A stretch of 64,000 bases of DNA from a virus (Duplodnaviria > Caudoviricetes), in the IMG/VR virus record IMGVR_UViG_3300001765_000034, positions 1 through 64,000 of that record; one strand, given 5' to 3'. Both the position numbers and the translations under genes were made by a program. Every line of letters begins with the position of its first letter. The stretch's first letter is position 1. Shown here in pieces: positions 21,054 through 30,512 of the stretch. A model generated the notes under the pieces. The model was not told where the DNA came from, ran no database searches, and worked only from the letters and a program-made list of their open reading frames with translations.

Positions 21054-21751
21054 TGCCAAGAAAAAGAACCCAAAAAATGTATTTTGGGGAGGACCAAGAA
21101 CAAGCGGTAATAAGGTATCAATTGACTGAATCCGAAGAAGAACGAAACAAGATATTCAAAGAATATTTAGAAGAGCCTCTCACAATAATGGTCGAAAGTA
21201 TCATTAGAAGGTACAAATTACACAGAAAAGACATGACATTTCAAGAATCACATGTGGATACCACGTCTTTTTTGGCGACAAAAATTCATAAATTTGACCC
21301 ATCAACAAATAATCGAGCATATTCGTATTTTGGTACGATTTGTAAGAACTATTTAATGGGGGCAATCCAAAAAGACAGTAAAGAATTTAATCGAACGGTA
21401 TCATATGAGGATATTTCACCATCTTTAGAAGATAATTTTGAATTTTCATATGAAATGGATGCTTATGAAATAGATTTCCGGGAAATTATCACAAAACTAA
21501 CCATAAAACTAGAAGATTTTATGGAAACCGAGAAACTAAACGAAAATGAAGTCAAGTTAGGCTACGCTCTTCTCGATATTTTCAACAATTTTGATAAAAT
21601 CTTCCAAATTGGTGAGGGGAATAAGTTCAATAAGAACCTTATTCTATTATCTGTTAGGGATATGACCGGATTAAGTACCAAAGAAATAAGGATTGCGATG
21701 AAAAAATACAAAAAACTATACGAAGGTATTCTTGATAAGTTTATAAACTAA
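21053..21751 (+). CDS. Phage RNA polymerase sigma factor (T4 gp55-like late sigma)
   Basis: sigma2-like segment SFLATKIHKFDPSTNNRAYSYFGTICKNYL. Confidence 0.65.
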   Translation: MPRKRTQKMYFGEDQEQAVIRYQLTESEEERNKIFKEYLEEPLTIMVESIIRRYKLHRKDMTFQESHVDTTSFLATKIHKFDPSTNNRAYSYFGTICKNYLMGAIQKDSKEFNRTVSYEDISPSLEDNFEFSYEMDAYEIDFREIITKLTIKLEDFMETEKLNENEVKLGYALLDIFNNFDKIFQIGEGNKFNKNLILLSVRDMTGLSTKEIRIAMKKYKKLYEGILDKFIN

Positions 21752-21784
21752 AAAAAATACTATTTATAGTATAAATGAATAGAT

Positions 21785-22183
21785 ATGGGAAGATACACAA
21801 GAAAAATTATCACGCTAGATACCGATTCGGCTTTAGCTTTGATGCAGGAAATCTACAATGATATTGTGGAACAGAAGAATATCGCTTCTCAAATCACCAA
21901 AAAGATGCTTGTCTTTATGAAGGAACCCGAAGATATGTCAGTAATTGGGTCTGTTATTGATAAGCAACAAAAAATCTTACAAGATTGTACTGAAAAGAAA
22001 ATTTCTTTAGTAAAATTACAAGGTGCTTTGTTAAAACAAGAAGGATCATCTGGTGGTAATGGAAAACAGAATTTTGGGAAAATGGAATTAACCGCAGAAG
22101 ATAGAAAACTTCTTGAAGATATGATTAACGAGAAAGACGGTAATGATGATGATGTTAAACCAGGCGAAAAATACGAAAAATAA
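21785..22183 (+). CDS. Hypothetical coiled-coil protein
   Basis: 132 aa ORF. Confidence 0.65.
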   Translation: MGRYTRKIITLDTDSALALMQEIYNDIVEQKNIASQITKKMLVFMKEPEDMSVIGSVIDKQQKILQDCTEKKISLVKLQGALLKQEGSSGGNGKQNFGKMELTAEDRKLLEDMINEKDGNDDDVKPGEKYEK

Positions 22184-24048
22184 TGGATCAGGGTCTTGAG
22201 TCAAAACGTGAATTTAAGTCAATAGTTACCAGTATTAAGAGGATTAATGATAATTCTAAACCTGTTATTGGAAATTCCTATGACAGTTTTAAAGATGATT
22301 TAAACGTTAAGGGTAATGCAACGAAGAAAACTATTAATGATTTTACCTCCAAAGTAAAAGGTCGAACTCAAAACACAAAAGATATTTTTGGGGATGTTTT
22401 AGAAACAGTTGACGGATTTTTGGGGACAGAAAAAGAAGGACCAAACAACACGTCAATCCGATCAAAAACATTACGATACGCAAAACAAGCTTCAAAGAAA
22501 TCTTTAGAATCCGCCCAAGAAGTTATTACAAGTGCAATAAAAAAAGGTTATTTTGCTGGGCAAGGAACATGTAATCCTGATGATGATTCATTATTATCAA
22601 TCTCAATTTCACCAAAGGAATTTGATTTTATTAATGTACTTAAAGTAAATCCGACGTCAACCACAGGAAAGGTTATGTATGAAACACAGCCGGATCCTGG
22701 ATTAGGAATTCAATTTAATAGAGAATTATACAACGCCTTCGACTCTACACCATACCAATTCAAAGACAATACGGGTTCTGAATTATTTACAATGACTTGG
22801 AGTTCTTCAACACAAAAATATGATCTTACTATACCGTCCGGAATTCCAATTTCAGATTTTATTGACCGATATTATAGTTCAATTGAACAACCGAATATCG
22901 AAAGCGTAATGAAAAATGCAATGTACCTTACTTTACAGGGTGATGGGACGGAAACCACTCTTTTTGAAGGTGGTATTGATTATTTGAATAGGTTATTAAC
23001 AAAATTGTTTTCTTTGTGCGGAAATGCGGGTAATGGCGCGTCTCCATTTATGAATACGGCTCAACAACAATTAAATGAGGATGAGTTCGATGTTCAAGAT
23101 TATTTTAATTTTGATGACGTTGAAGGAATTGATTTAGATGATGAAGATGCTAGACATAGACGTGTTTTAAAATTCACCGATTGTAATAATTTTGAAGTTC
23201 CTATTAACCCAAACCATATGGAGGATTTCGCATATTTGTTGGGTCGAAAAACTATTGATGAAAATGTTAATAATACATTGAAAAAGGCGGCAATTGACGC
23301 ATATGAACAATCTGGAAATTCTATCTATTTTGAAGGAATTAAAACATCGTTATCATTAGATTATGTTAAAGCAATACCAAGGGCAATGATTTCTACTTTA
23401 TTAAGCCCAAAAATGTTGTTTCCGGTTTCCCTATCATATCAAATGGTTTATGGGGAAACTTTAGATGTAAAAGATATGATGAAATCTATGGGAATATCTT
23501 TTTTTGATATTATAAAAACAATGTTTTGGACTTTCATTAAAGAATTTTGGAAACTTGTTAAAAGGGATATTTTAGAATTTGTTAAAGACACAGCTATAAG
23601 AATATTCTTGAATAGTGTAAAAAGGATAAAAAATATTGTGTTGATATTAATTAAATTATTATTGAAGATTTTAGAGTTAAATATTCAATCTTGTGAGGAG
23701 TTGTTTAACGCTTTATTAGGTATAATTAAATCAGCGCTTAATCGTTCCGTAAATATTCCAATTCCCGGGTTGTTACTTGTTCTGTCTGAAGGACTACCAG
23801 GTTTTAGTGCTGACAGGGCATACATGGGAGCAATACAAAGAATGGAAGATTCCGGAATAAATACGGGAGACATTTACGGATCTCCCAACACATTACCAAT
23901 ACATGTGAAATCAATAATTGATGCATATTCGAGTGAAATGGATACAAATTCATATGTGAAAATTGCATTGAAACCATCAATTATTCCCGCAGGACCAGGT
24001 GGGGCGGTAATTTCACCATTAATAACCGGGGCAGGTAAACTGATGTAA
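22183..24048 (+). CDS. Hypothetical, probable tail/baseplate-associated protein
   Basis: 621 aa ORF upstream of the gp5-like gene; assignment from context only. Confidence 0.6.
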   Translation: MDQGLESKREFKSIVTSIKRINDNSKPVIGNSYDSFKDDLNVKGNATKKTINDFTSKVKGRTQNTKDIFGDVLETVDGFLGTEKEGPNNTSIRSKTLRYAKQASKKSLESAQEVITSAIKKGYFAGQGTCNPDDDSLLSISISPKEFDFINVLKVNPTSTTGKVMYETQPDPGLGIQFNRELYNAFDSTPYQFKDNTGSELFTMTWSSSTQKYDLTIPSGIPISDFIDRYYSSIEQPNIESVMKNAMYLTLQGDGTETTLFEGGIDYLNRLLTKLFSLCGNAGNGASPFMNTAQQQLNEDEFDVQDYFNFDDVEGIDLDDEDARHRRVLKFTDCNNFEVPINPNHMEDFAYLLGRKTIDENVNNTLKKAAIDAYEQSGNSIYFEGIKTSLSLDYVKAIPRAMISTLLSPKMLFPVSLSYQMVYGETLDVKDMMKSMGISFFDIIKTMFWTFIKEFWKLVKRDILEFVKDTAIRIFLNSVKRIKNIVLILIKLLLKILELNIQSCEELFNALLGIIKSALNRSVNIPIPGLLLVLSEGLPGFSADRAYMGAIQRMEDSGINTGDIYGSPNTLPIHVKSIIDAYSSEMDTNSYVKIALKPSIIPAGPGGAVISPLITGAGKLM

Positions 24049-24049
24049 T

Positions 24050-24247
24050 ATGGACGTAAAACAAATTGAAGATATTGTAAAAAATGTAAAAGATAAACCA
24101 AACAAAATGTTGGTTGAAAGTCGAAGCATATTAAAATCCGAGTTTGAAAAAACAAAAGATTTAATTCTTGAATTAACAAAACACCTAGATGCTGTACAAG
24201 AATCATATGAAATAATAAACGAAGAAATCGGAAATAGGGTACTATAA
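24050..24247 (+). CDS. Small coiled-coil hypothetical protein
   Basis: 65 aa ORF abutting both neighbours. Confidence 0.6.
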   Translation: MDVKQIEDIVKNVKDKPNKMLVESRSILKSEFEKTKDLILELTKHLDAVQESYEIINEEIGNRVL

Positions 24248-25743
24248 TGCAAATAATTGATATTGGTATATGTGTTAATAACATTGATCCTAAAGGTCTT
24301 GGAAGAATACGATATCGCCCATATAGTTTATATGAAAGTGAAATTAAACTTGCTTTCACTTATGAAGAGTGGGACGAGAACGATCCATTTATAGCAATTC
24401 CATTTTTACCACTTCATATTAATATAGTTCCACACGAAAAACAGTCAGTTAAACTTCTACGATATGACACAGAAAAACAGCAACAAAATGTGGAATATGT
24501 GGCTGGTCCATTTTCATCGCCTCATAATTTAGAATCCCAAACATTTTCGTCCCAACATAAAAACACAACTTATGGTGGGGAAATTGTAAAGGCCACAAAA
24601 GATATCAGAGATAAAAATGGTAACTTTAATAAACCAGCAACACCCGGTGCATTTATTAAAGATACGGATACGGGCTTCCGTGGAAAATATGGTTCTGATA
24701 TAATTTTTACTGAGAACGGATTACAACTTAGAGGCGGAATGTTAAAAGCTAAAGAAGGAAGAAACAAACAAAGTATTATTGATTTCCCTCAATTAGCAAA
24801 AAAAATGGTTCGATTTACAATGAAGAAATTTTCCAAGACTCTTCAATCTGCTCAGGAAATTACTACCACAACAAAAATTGATGCCGCAAGATTAAAGTTT
24901 ATTGTTGAATACGAACTTGACAATCTAACAACCCCAACTGAATTGAAATTGTTTGTTTATAAAGTTCTACCAAATTCAGGTGAACAATTTATGACAAATG
25001 TTTTTTCTAATGAATCAATATTTAACACAAACGATGGAAATATAGTTAAGTTAATAAACACCGGAAACACAGCCACCGATGCAACATATACAGTTTCATT
25101 AGATGGAACAATAAATAGTGGATACATTGAACTTCGTGAAGCTCTTTATTTAATTGATTCCGAAGGTCTAACTTCATTATATCATACATTTCCGAATGAA
25201 ATTGTTTATCCGTTTTATTATAGGCCAACGGCGAGATTAAAACTTGATAATAGTAATAACACGAATAAAACAATTTTCCTAAGCAGAGTTCAAGTTCGAA
25301 ATCTCCAAACTGATGGTGGGTTAATTTTCTCAAGATTATCCGCCAATCCACCTATTGTTAAAAAAGAAAAGGTTCAAAACGTTGCTCGAGAGGTTAAAAA
25401 TGGAGGGGAACAATCATTATCGAATTATAGTGCGGATAAAATTTATATAACAAGTACATCTCCAAATTCGGGTGCAAATGTGAAGAAGATTGATTTTGAT
25501 GCATTGGATCCATATGAATTAACCCAAGATGATTATATAAACAAAATTGACCCAAATACATATGGAATGGTTCGTGGAGAAAACCTATATAATTTGTTAG
25601 TGGCAATGAAAAATTTATTTGATAGTCATATTCATAATATCAATGAACCATTAGTAAAAACAGACCCAAATTGGGTTAAGTTAAATGAATTGATAGAATC
25701 TATGAGGAATGATCTTTTAAATGATTCGCTTAGAATCAACTAA
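24247..25743 (+). CDS. Baseplate hub/spike protein with gp5-like N-terminal OB fold
   Basis: IGICVNNIDPKGLGRIRY matches the gp5/VgrG OB-fold start; C-terminal VRGENL...FDSHIH. Confidence 0.6.
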   Translation: MQIIDIGICVNNIDPKGLGRIRYRPYSLYESEIKLAFTYEEWDENDPFIAIPFLPLHINIVPHEKQSVKLLRYDTEKQQQNVEYVAGPFSSPHNLESQTFSSQHKNTTYGGEIVKATKDIRDKNGNFNKPATPGAFIKDTDTGFRGKYGSDIIFTENGLQLRGGMLKAKEGRNKQSIIDFPQLAKKMVRFTMKKFSKTLQSAQEITTTTKIDAARLKFIVEYELDNLTTPTELKLFVYKVLPNSGEQFMTNVFSNESIFNTNDGNIVKLINTGNTATDATYTVSLDGTINSGYIELREALYLIDSEGLTSLYHTFPNEIVYPFYYRPTARLKLDNSNNTNKTIFLSRVQVRNLQTDGGLIFSRLSANPPIVKKEKVQNVAREVKNGGEQSLSNYSADKIYITSTSPNSGANVKKIDFDALDPYELTQDDYINKIDPNTYGMVRGENLYNLLVAMKNLFDSHIHNINEPLVKTDPNWVKLNELIESMRNDLLNDSLRIN

Positions 25744-25765
25744 ATGATATTTATTAATAAAAACT

Positions 25766-27148
25766 ATGTCATACCACCGATCATACTTCGAAAAAAATAA
25801 CACCATTATAAGATATGGAAGTACAGGTTCAGAGGTTAATACGGCCAAAAATCCTAATACTGAAATATTTTACGGATCTGGGTTTTCAAAATTTATCTTT
25901 AAATTAGATTTAACTGAACTAAAAAATAAAATCTCTTCTGGCGAAAAGGTTCTTAATGAGAATACTCGTCATAATTTACGTTTAACAAACACAATATTTG
26001 GTGATGAAGATTTATTGGGTGCATTAAGAGGTACGGGAAGGCAACGTGCCGTGGCGTTCGATTTAGTATTATTCAGAATTCCCGAAAATTGGGATGAGGG
26101 TGTTGGGTATGATTATGAAGAAGCATATGATTACACCGAGGGTAATTTGACTTTTGATATTAGACCATCAAACTGGAATATGAGAACTTCATTGAGTGGT
26201 TGGACGGAATCGGGTATCTATGCTACGTCTGGCGATACTATTACGAGATTACATTTTGATAATGGGAACGAAAATATTGATGTTGACATAACAGATTATG
26301 TAAATGGTATAATCGTATCGGGACATACTGACCATGGATTGGGTCTTTCGTTCGATTATCCATACCAAGAGGTTGTGAGTGAAATCGATCAATCAGTTAG
26401 TTTCTTTACAAAATATACACAAACATTTTGGGAACCTCATTTAGAAACAGTTTTTGCTGATACTATTGATGATAATCGAGATAATTTCACCATTGATATA
26501 GAAAGAAATCTTTATTTGTATGTGGATTATATGGGTAATAGATATGATTTAGATAACAATCCAACGGTAGATGTTTTAGATTATAATCAACGACCGATTC
26601 CAAGTTTAACAGGACTCACAGCAACCAAAATTAGAAAAGGAGTTTATAAAGTCACTTTTGGTTTATCTGGGCAACTTTGTGATGGAAAACGATTCTATTA
26701 CGATAAATGGTGTGATCTTAATATTCAGACAGTTCCTATTGATTGTGTAACCCAAAAATTTGTTCCAAAACCTTTCGATGCTTTCTTTAGTATTGGAGGA
26801 AATGAGACGGACGCGAGTGATTATGTTATACAATTTGAGGGAGTAAAATTAAACGAGAAAGTAAAAAGAGGATCAACCAGAAAAATAGTTGCGACTTTCC
26901 GTTCAATTTATCATCAAAAAGGCGTATTATTAGATGAAGTTTATTATAGAATTTACGTCAAAGAAGGTAGAACTCAGGTAAATGTCTTCGAATGGACTGA
27001 AATGGATAGAACCAACGAAAATTCATTCCTTTTAGACACATCATATATGATTCCGAGAGAATACCATATTGAAATAAGAGCAAGAATTAATTCTGAAGAC
27101 GTATTTTATAGAGACGAGATAAAATTCGAAATTATTTCAGAAAAATAG
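25766..27148 (+). CDS. Probable virion structural protein (beta-rich)
   Basis: 460 aa ORF; ATATTTAT at 25747-25754. Confidence 0.6.
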   Translation: MSYHRSYFEKNNTIIRYGSTGSEVNTAKNPNTEIFYGSGFSKFIFKLDLTELKNKISSGEKVLNENTRHNLRLTNTIFGDEDLLGALRGTGRQRAVAFDLVLFRIPENWDEGVGYDYEEAYDYTEGNLTFDIRPSNWNMRTSLSGWTESGIYATSGDTITRLHFDNGNENIDVDITDYVNGIIVSGHTDHGLGLSFDYPYQEVVSEIDQSVSFFTKYTQTFWEPHLETVFADTIDDNRDNFTIDIERNLYLYVDYMGNRYDLDNNPTVDVLDYNQRPIPSLTGLTATKIRKGVYKVTFGLSGQLCDGKRFYYDKWCDLNIQTVPIDCVTQKFVPKPFDAFFSIGGNETDASDYVIQFEGVKLNEKVKRGSTRKIVATFRSIYHQKGVLLDEVYYRIYVKEGRTQVNVFEWTEMDRTNENSFLLDTSYMIPREYHIEIRARINSEDVFYRDEIKFEIISEK

Positions 27149-27453
27149 TGAGATATGTTTATTTAATTCGGGGTAATGATGGGAAATATAAAATTGGTAT
27201 AGCTAAAAACCCAACACAAAGAATTAAGCAGTTGCAAACCGGGAATTCCGATACTCTTCAGTTGATAGAAACCTATCAAACCGAAAACGCATCCAAAATA
27301 GAGTCCGCCCTTCATCACCAATATAACTATGTAAGAAACCATGGAGAATGGTTCGATTTATCAATATCGGATGAAGTTTCATTTAAACAAAAATGTGAAC
27401 AAATTGATAAATCTATTACAATATTAAAAAGAATGGGAAATACATTTGTTTAA
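27148..27453 (+). CDS. GIY-YIG-like T5orf172/MUG113 domain protein
   Basis: YVYLI...YKIGIAKNP..RIKQLQTGN...ESALH...GEWF. Confidence 0.85.
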   Translation: MRYVYLIRGNDGKYKIGIAKNPTQRIKQLQTGNSDTLQLIETYQTENASKIESALHHQYNYVRNHGEWFDLSISDEVSFKQKCEQIDKSITILKRMGNTFV

Positions 27454-27476
27454 TAATATTTATTTTATTATATTTG
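27445..27476 (+). promoter_or_regulatory. Bacteroidota sigma70-type promoter
   Basis: TTTG (27445-48), 20 nt spacer, TATATTTG (27469-76). Confidence 0.7.
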
Positions 27477-27524
27477 TGACATGAAAAAAACACTTGACAA
27501 TCTCTAGGTTAAACCTAGAGATAA

Positions 27525-27707
27525 ATGAAAGCAAAAATTCACGAAACAACTTCGAACAGTCGGGTATACAAATATGCTCGATTAGATTCGCTTGGGTTAT
27601 TAAAATGCCCACTATGCAGTCCTCATAAAGGATGCAACAGATTTACATCTCGTAAATCTTTAAGGTCTTGGAAAGACACAACAAAGAGGGGGTCACAATG
27701 GAAATAG
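27525..27707 (+). CDS. Small basic Cys-containing protein (CxxC...HxxC) ending RSWK...QWK
   Basis: 60 aa ORF downstream of a promoter, uORF and hairpin. Confidence 0.6.
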   Translation: MKAKIHETTSNSRVYKYARLDSLGLLKCPLCSPHKGCNRFTSRKSLRSWKDTTKRGSQWK

Positions 27708-27913
27708 ACTTCCCACCAATGAACAATCGTATTTACAAGGTAAAATACGTTTGGGATAACGATCCATATTGGGATGAAGGACTACATCTTTGGCCAAGAT
27801 GCCGTCCACGTTATGATAGCAATTGGAAACGCAGGAAACAATTATTTTCCTATCAGATTAGAATGTATCGGACTTGGAAATATAACAGGAATTCTCAATG
27901 GAAGTCTGAGTAG
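27698..27913 (+). CDS. Small basic Trp/Arg-rich protein ending RTWK...QWKSE (probable start at 27698)
   Basis: Shares NxRxYK and RxWK...SQWK motifs with the upstream ORF. Confidence 0.55.
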   Translation: MEIDFPPMNNRIYKVKYVWDNDPYWDEGLHLWPRCRPRYDSNWKRRKQLFSYQIRMYRTWKYNRNSQWKSE

Positions 27914-27917
27914 TGTT

Positions 27918-28361
27918 TTATTCGTAAAAAACGACTTTAACACCACATTCAAGTAACATCTTGTGAGATATCTCTTGTGATTCTACCCATTTTTCTTTAT
28001 TCTTAGTTGTACATTCTCTTTTACAATATACAACCTTTACTCCTGAATTGATTATTGCACGACCACAATCTGCACATGGTAATCCGGATGTGAGATAAAT
28101 TGATGATCCGTCGATAGGTATTCCTACCCGAGCCGCATTATATATTGCGTTGCGTTCTGCGTGCTCGAAATAGAAGTACTTTATAGGTCTTTCTTGACGC
28201 TCGGGAAGATTATCATCTAAACCCCTAGGGAAAGAGTTATAACCCGTAGAAAGTATCTCCTTGTCCTTCCCAACGATAACTGCGCCTATCTGTGTTGATT
28301 GGTCTTTTGATTTGAGTTTAACTTGTTCTGCAATTCCTAAAAAATAATTATTCCATTCCAT
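27918..28361 (-). CDS. dCMP deaminase
   Basis: KSKD..TQIGAVIV, GYNSFPRG, HAERNAI and PCADC zinc motifs. Confidence 0.93.
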   Translation of the reverse strand: MEWNNYFLGIAEQVKLKSKDQSTQIGAVIVGKDKEILSTGYNSFPRGLDDNLPERQERPIKYFYFEHAERNAIYNAARVGIPIDGSSIYLTSGLPCADCGRAIINSGVKVVYCKRECTTKNKEKWVESQEISHKMLLECGVKVVFYE

Positions 28362-28665
28362 TTTCTATAATATTAATTTTTGATATATAATAATGTCTTC
28401 CGAACGAGAAATGCGATCTTGTAGCATCCCCACTCTCTATTAATTTTCCCATTTGAACCATTAGGTCGTGATGGACGGAATCTATTCCAATTAAAAAATT
28501 ATCACCCTCTTTTTCGACGGTTGTTTTCCGTACATATTTTCCTTCATCGTCTAGTTCAAGTTGACGAATCATATCAGTTTTGGTATCATTACATTCAATC
28601 ATTCTTGAACAAATCAACCCCTCTAATACATCCAACCTCAGTTTTTTATAGTCTATTTTTTCCAT
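28348..28665 (-). CDS. Hypothetical protein
   Basis: 105 aa ORF overlapping the deaminase start. Confidence 0.55.
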   Translation of the reverse strand: MEKIDYKKLRLDVLEGLICSRMIECNDTKTDMIRQLELDDEGKYVRKTTVEKEGDNFLIGIDSVHHDLMVQMGKLIESGDATRSHFSFGRHYYISKINIIENGME

Positions 28666-28694
28666 CTCATAAAATATACGAAAATTTAGGCAAT

Positions 28695-28724
28695 AAAAAA
28701 AGGGACACCGAAATGTCCCTTTTT
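28695..28724 (-). terminator. Intrinsic terminator after the capsid gene
   Basis: Minus strand GGGACAT-TTCG-GTGTCCC followed by a T run. Confidence 0.8.
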
Positions 28725-28744
28725 AGAATATTTGAAATCCAAGA

Positions 28745-30484
28745 TTATCTCAAGGTGTTCATGTCGAAAGTTACAAGACCTTTTACGTCGATAACACCAA
28801 AGTAACGGTTGTTAACCATTTTCTTAGCGTATCTGGTCATGATACCTTTGATCGGAGTCATGTTAAAAGGATTGTACATAGTTGGGGTCAACTGAAGTGG
28901 TACGTAAGGTGCGTATACATAACCTGCGTCAAGTAACGATTTACCTTTGTGTCCAATAAGTACTTTTCCACTTGGGAAGTATGGGTCACGATATACCTGG
29001 TAACGACCAGCTAAAGTACCGATTTTTTCAATACCCATATTATACTGATCCTGTTCAGGAGAAGCGTTTGATACGTGGAAGTATTCAAGGTCATCAAATA
29101 CTGCACTTACTTCAGATGAAATCACGATCCAGTTAGCACCACCTCTAAGAGTAGTTTTGTGGATTTGTGCTGACAACTGGTTAATTTTGGTAACCAATGT
29201 TTGGTTCCAGTCTTTCTGAGTGTAACCCATAAATGCTGAACCAGCGTTTCCATATTTCCATTCGTTATAGTCCCAACGAGCTTTCCAAGCTGCACCTTTT
29301 CTAAGGTCACGAAGAATTTCCCTGTCAACCTCAGCAGCGATTTGTTCTGAAAGAAGAGCTGTTAACTCAGCTTCAGCATCGATGTTGTGGAAAGCAGAAA
29401 CGTCCTGTGCCAATTCAGGTGACCAACTAGCTCTTAGTTTTCTTTCAGTAACCGATACTGTAACACTTGACAAGTCAAATGAAACTTCACCGATTTCTTC
29501 TTCGAATTCTAAGGTGTCGTAGATTCTGTATTGTAATGCGAAATTTGTTAATGCAGGAGCTGCTGAGAAAGTTGTACCACTAAATCCACCTGTTGATGAA
29601 TAGTTAGTTAAATCAACCTGAATGTAGATTGAACCAGTTTGGTCACAGATGTCATGATAACTACCACTTGTCTGTGGAGGGAAAGCTACAGTTGCTTTTG
29701 ATCCGTACTCAACAATACCTTTTCCATATTTCTGAGTTACAACGTTGAAGTTTCTTGAAGCTCCAGTTGCAGGGTAGAAAACTTGTGCTGATGCTAAGAA
29801 GTCTTCAGTATCCATAATCTGACCGTTAGGTCCGATAAGTTTACCTTCTCCACTTGTTGCAAATCCGGTGAATTTAAGGATTAAACTGTTTACAGTTTGA
29901 CCATTAAGGTTTGCTAATGTAACTGAAGTAATGGATCCGTTACTGAAAGTTACGATGTCAGCTGCAGTTTGTCCAGATGTTAAGAATTTACCTTTTGAAT
30001 AGTCAAAAAGACCTTCACTAGGATCGTTACCATCACCATTTTCGTAAAAACGGTCGTAAAGATTTAAACCACTATCAGGATAACCTGCTGTTGCGGCGTC
30101 AGTTGTGTTAGGATATCCATATGGTGCATAGTGTGATCCGACGTTTCTTTCCTGAATTTTAGGAATGAAGAAGAACAATTTACCAATTGGAAGGTTCATT
30201 GCCTGTACAGAAACGATGTCGTTTGCTAACAGTTTAGAGAAAACCCTACGGATGATAGGGAATACAACAGTTTCGAATGACCCTGATGAGTCAGAAACAG
30301 CTGCTTCGTTAATTAAGAAACTCGCTTGGTTTTCATATAACTGTGCGATGTTATCTTTTTGGTGACCGTCTAATCCTTCAAGGAATCCAAGGTCATCCCA
30401 TTTTCTGATGGTATCTTCTTTAATAACGCGAAGGTGCTTAAGACCTATGTTACCTACCATACCTGATTCTAATAATGCTCCCAT
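28745..30484 (-). CDS. gp23: Major capsid protein, T4 gp23-like
   Basis: IIRRVFSKLLANDIVSVQAM, VTERKLRASWSPELAQD, EAELTALLSEQIAAEVDREI, GYVYAPYVPL and GIMTRY motifs. Confidence 0.95.
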   Translation of the reverse strand: MGALLESGMVGNIGLKHLRVIKEDTIRKWDDLGFLEGLDGHQKDNIAQLYENQASFLINEAAVSDSSGSFETVVFPIIRRVFSKLLANDIVSVQAMNLPIGKLFFFIPKIQERNVGSHYAPYGYPNTTDAATAGYPDSGLNLYDRFYENGDGNDPSEGLFDYSKGKFLTSGQTAADIVTFSNGSITSVTLANLNGQTVNSLILKFTGFATSGEGKLIGPNGQIMDTEDFLASAQVFYPATGASRNFNVVTQKYGKGIVEYGSKATVAFPPQTSGSYHDICDQTGSIYIQVDLTNYSSTGGFSGTTFSAAPALTNFALQYRIYDTLEFEEEIGEVSFDLSSVTVSVTERKLRASWSPELAQDVSAFHNIDAEAELTALLSEQIAAEVDREILRDLRKGAAWKARWDYNEWKYGNAGSAFMGYTQKDWNQTLVTKINQLSAQIHKTTLRGGANWIVISSEVSAVFDDLEYFHVSNASPEQDQYNMGIEKIGTLAGRYQVYRDPYFPSGKVLIGHKGKSLLDAGYVYAPYVPLQLTPTMYNPFNMTPIKGIMTRYAKKMVNNRYFGVIDVKGLVTFDMNTLR

Positions 30485-30512
30485 TTTTTTAATATTTTTT
30501 TGAGTTTGTTAT

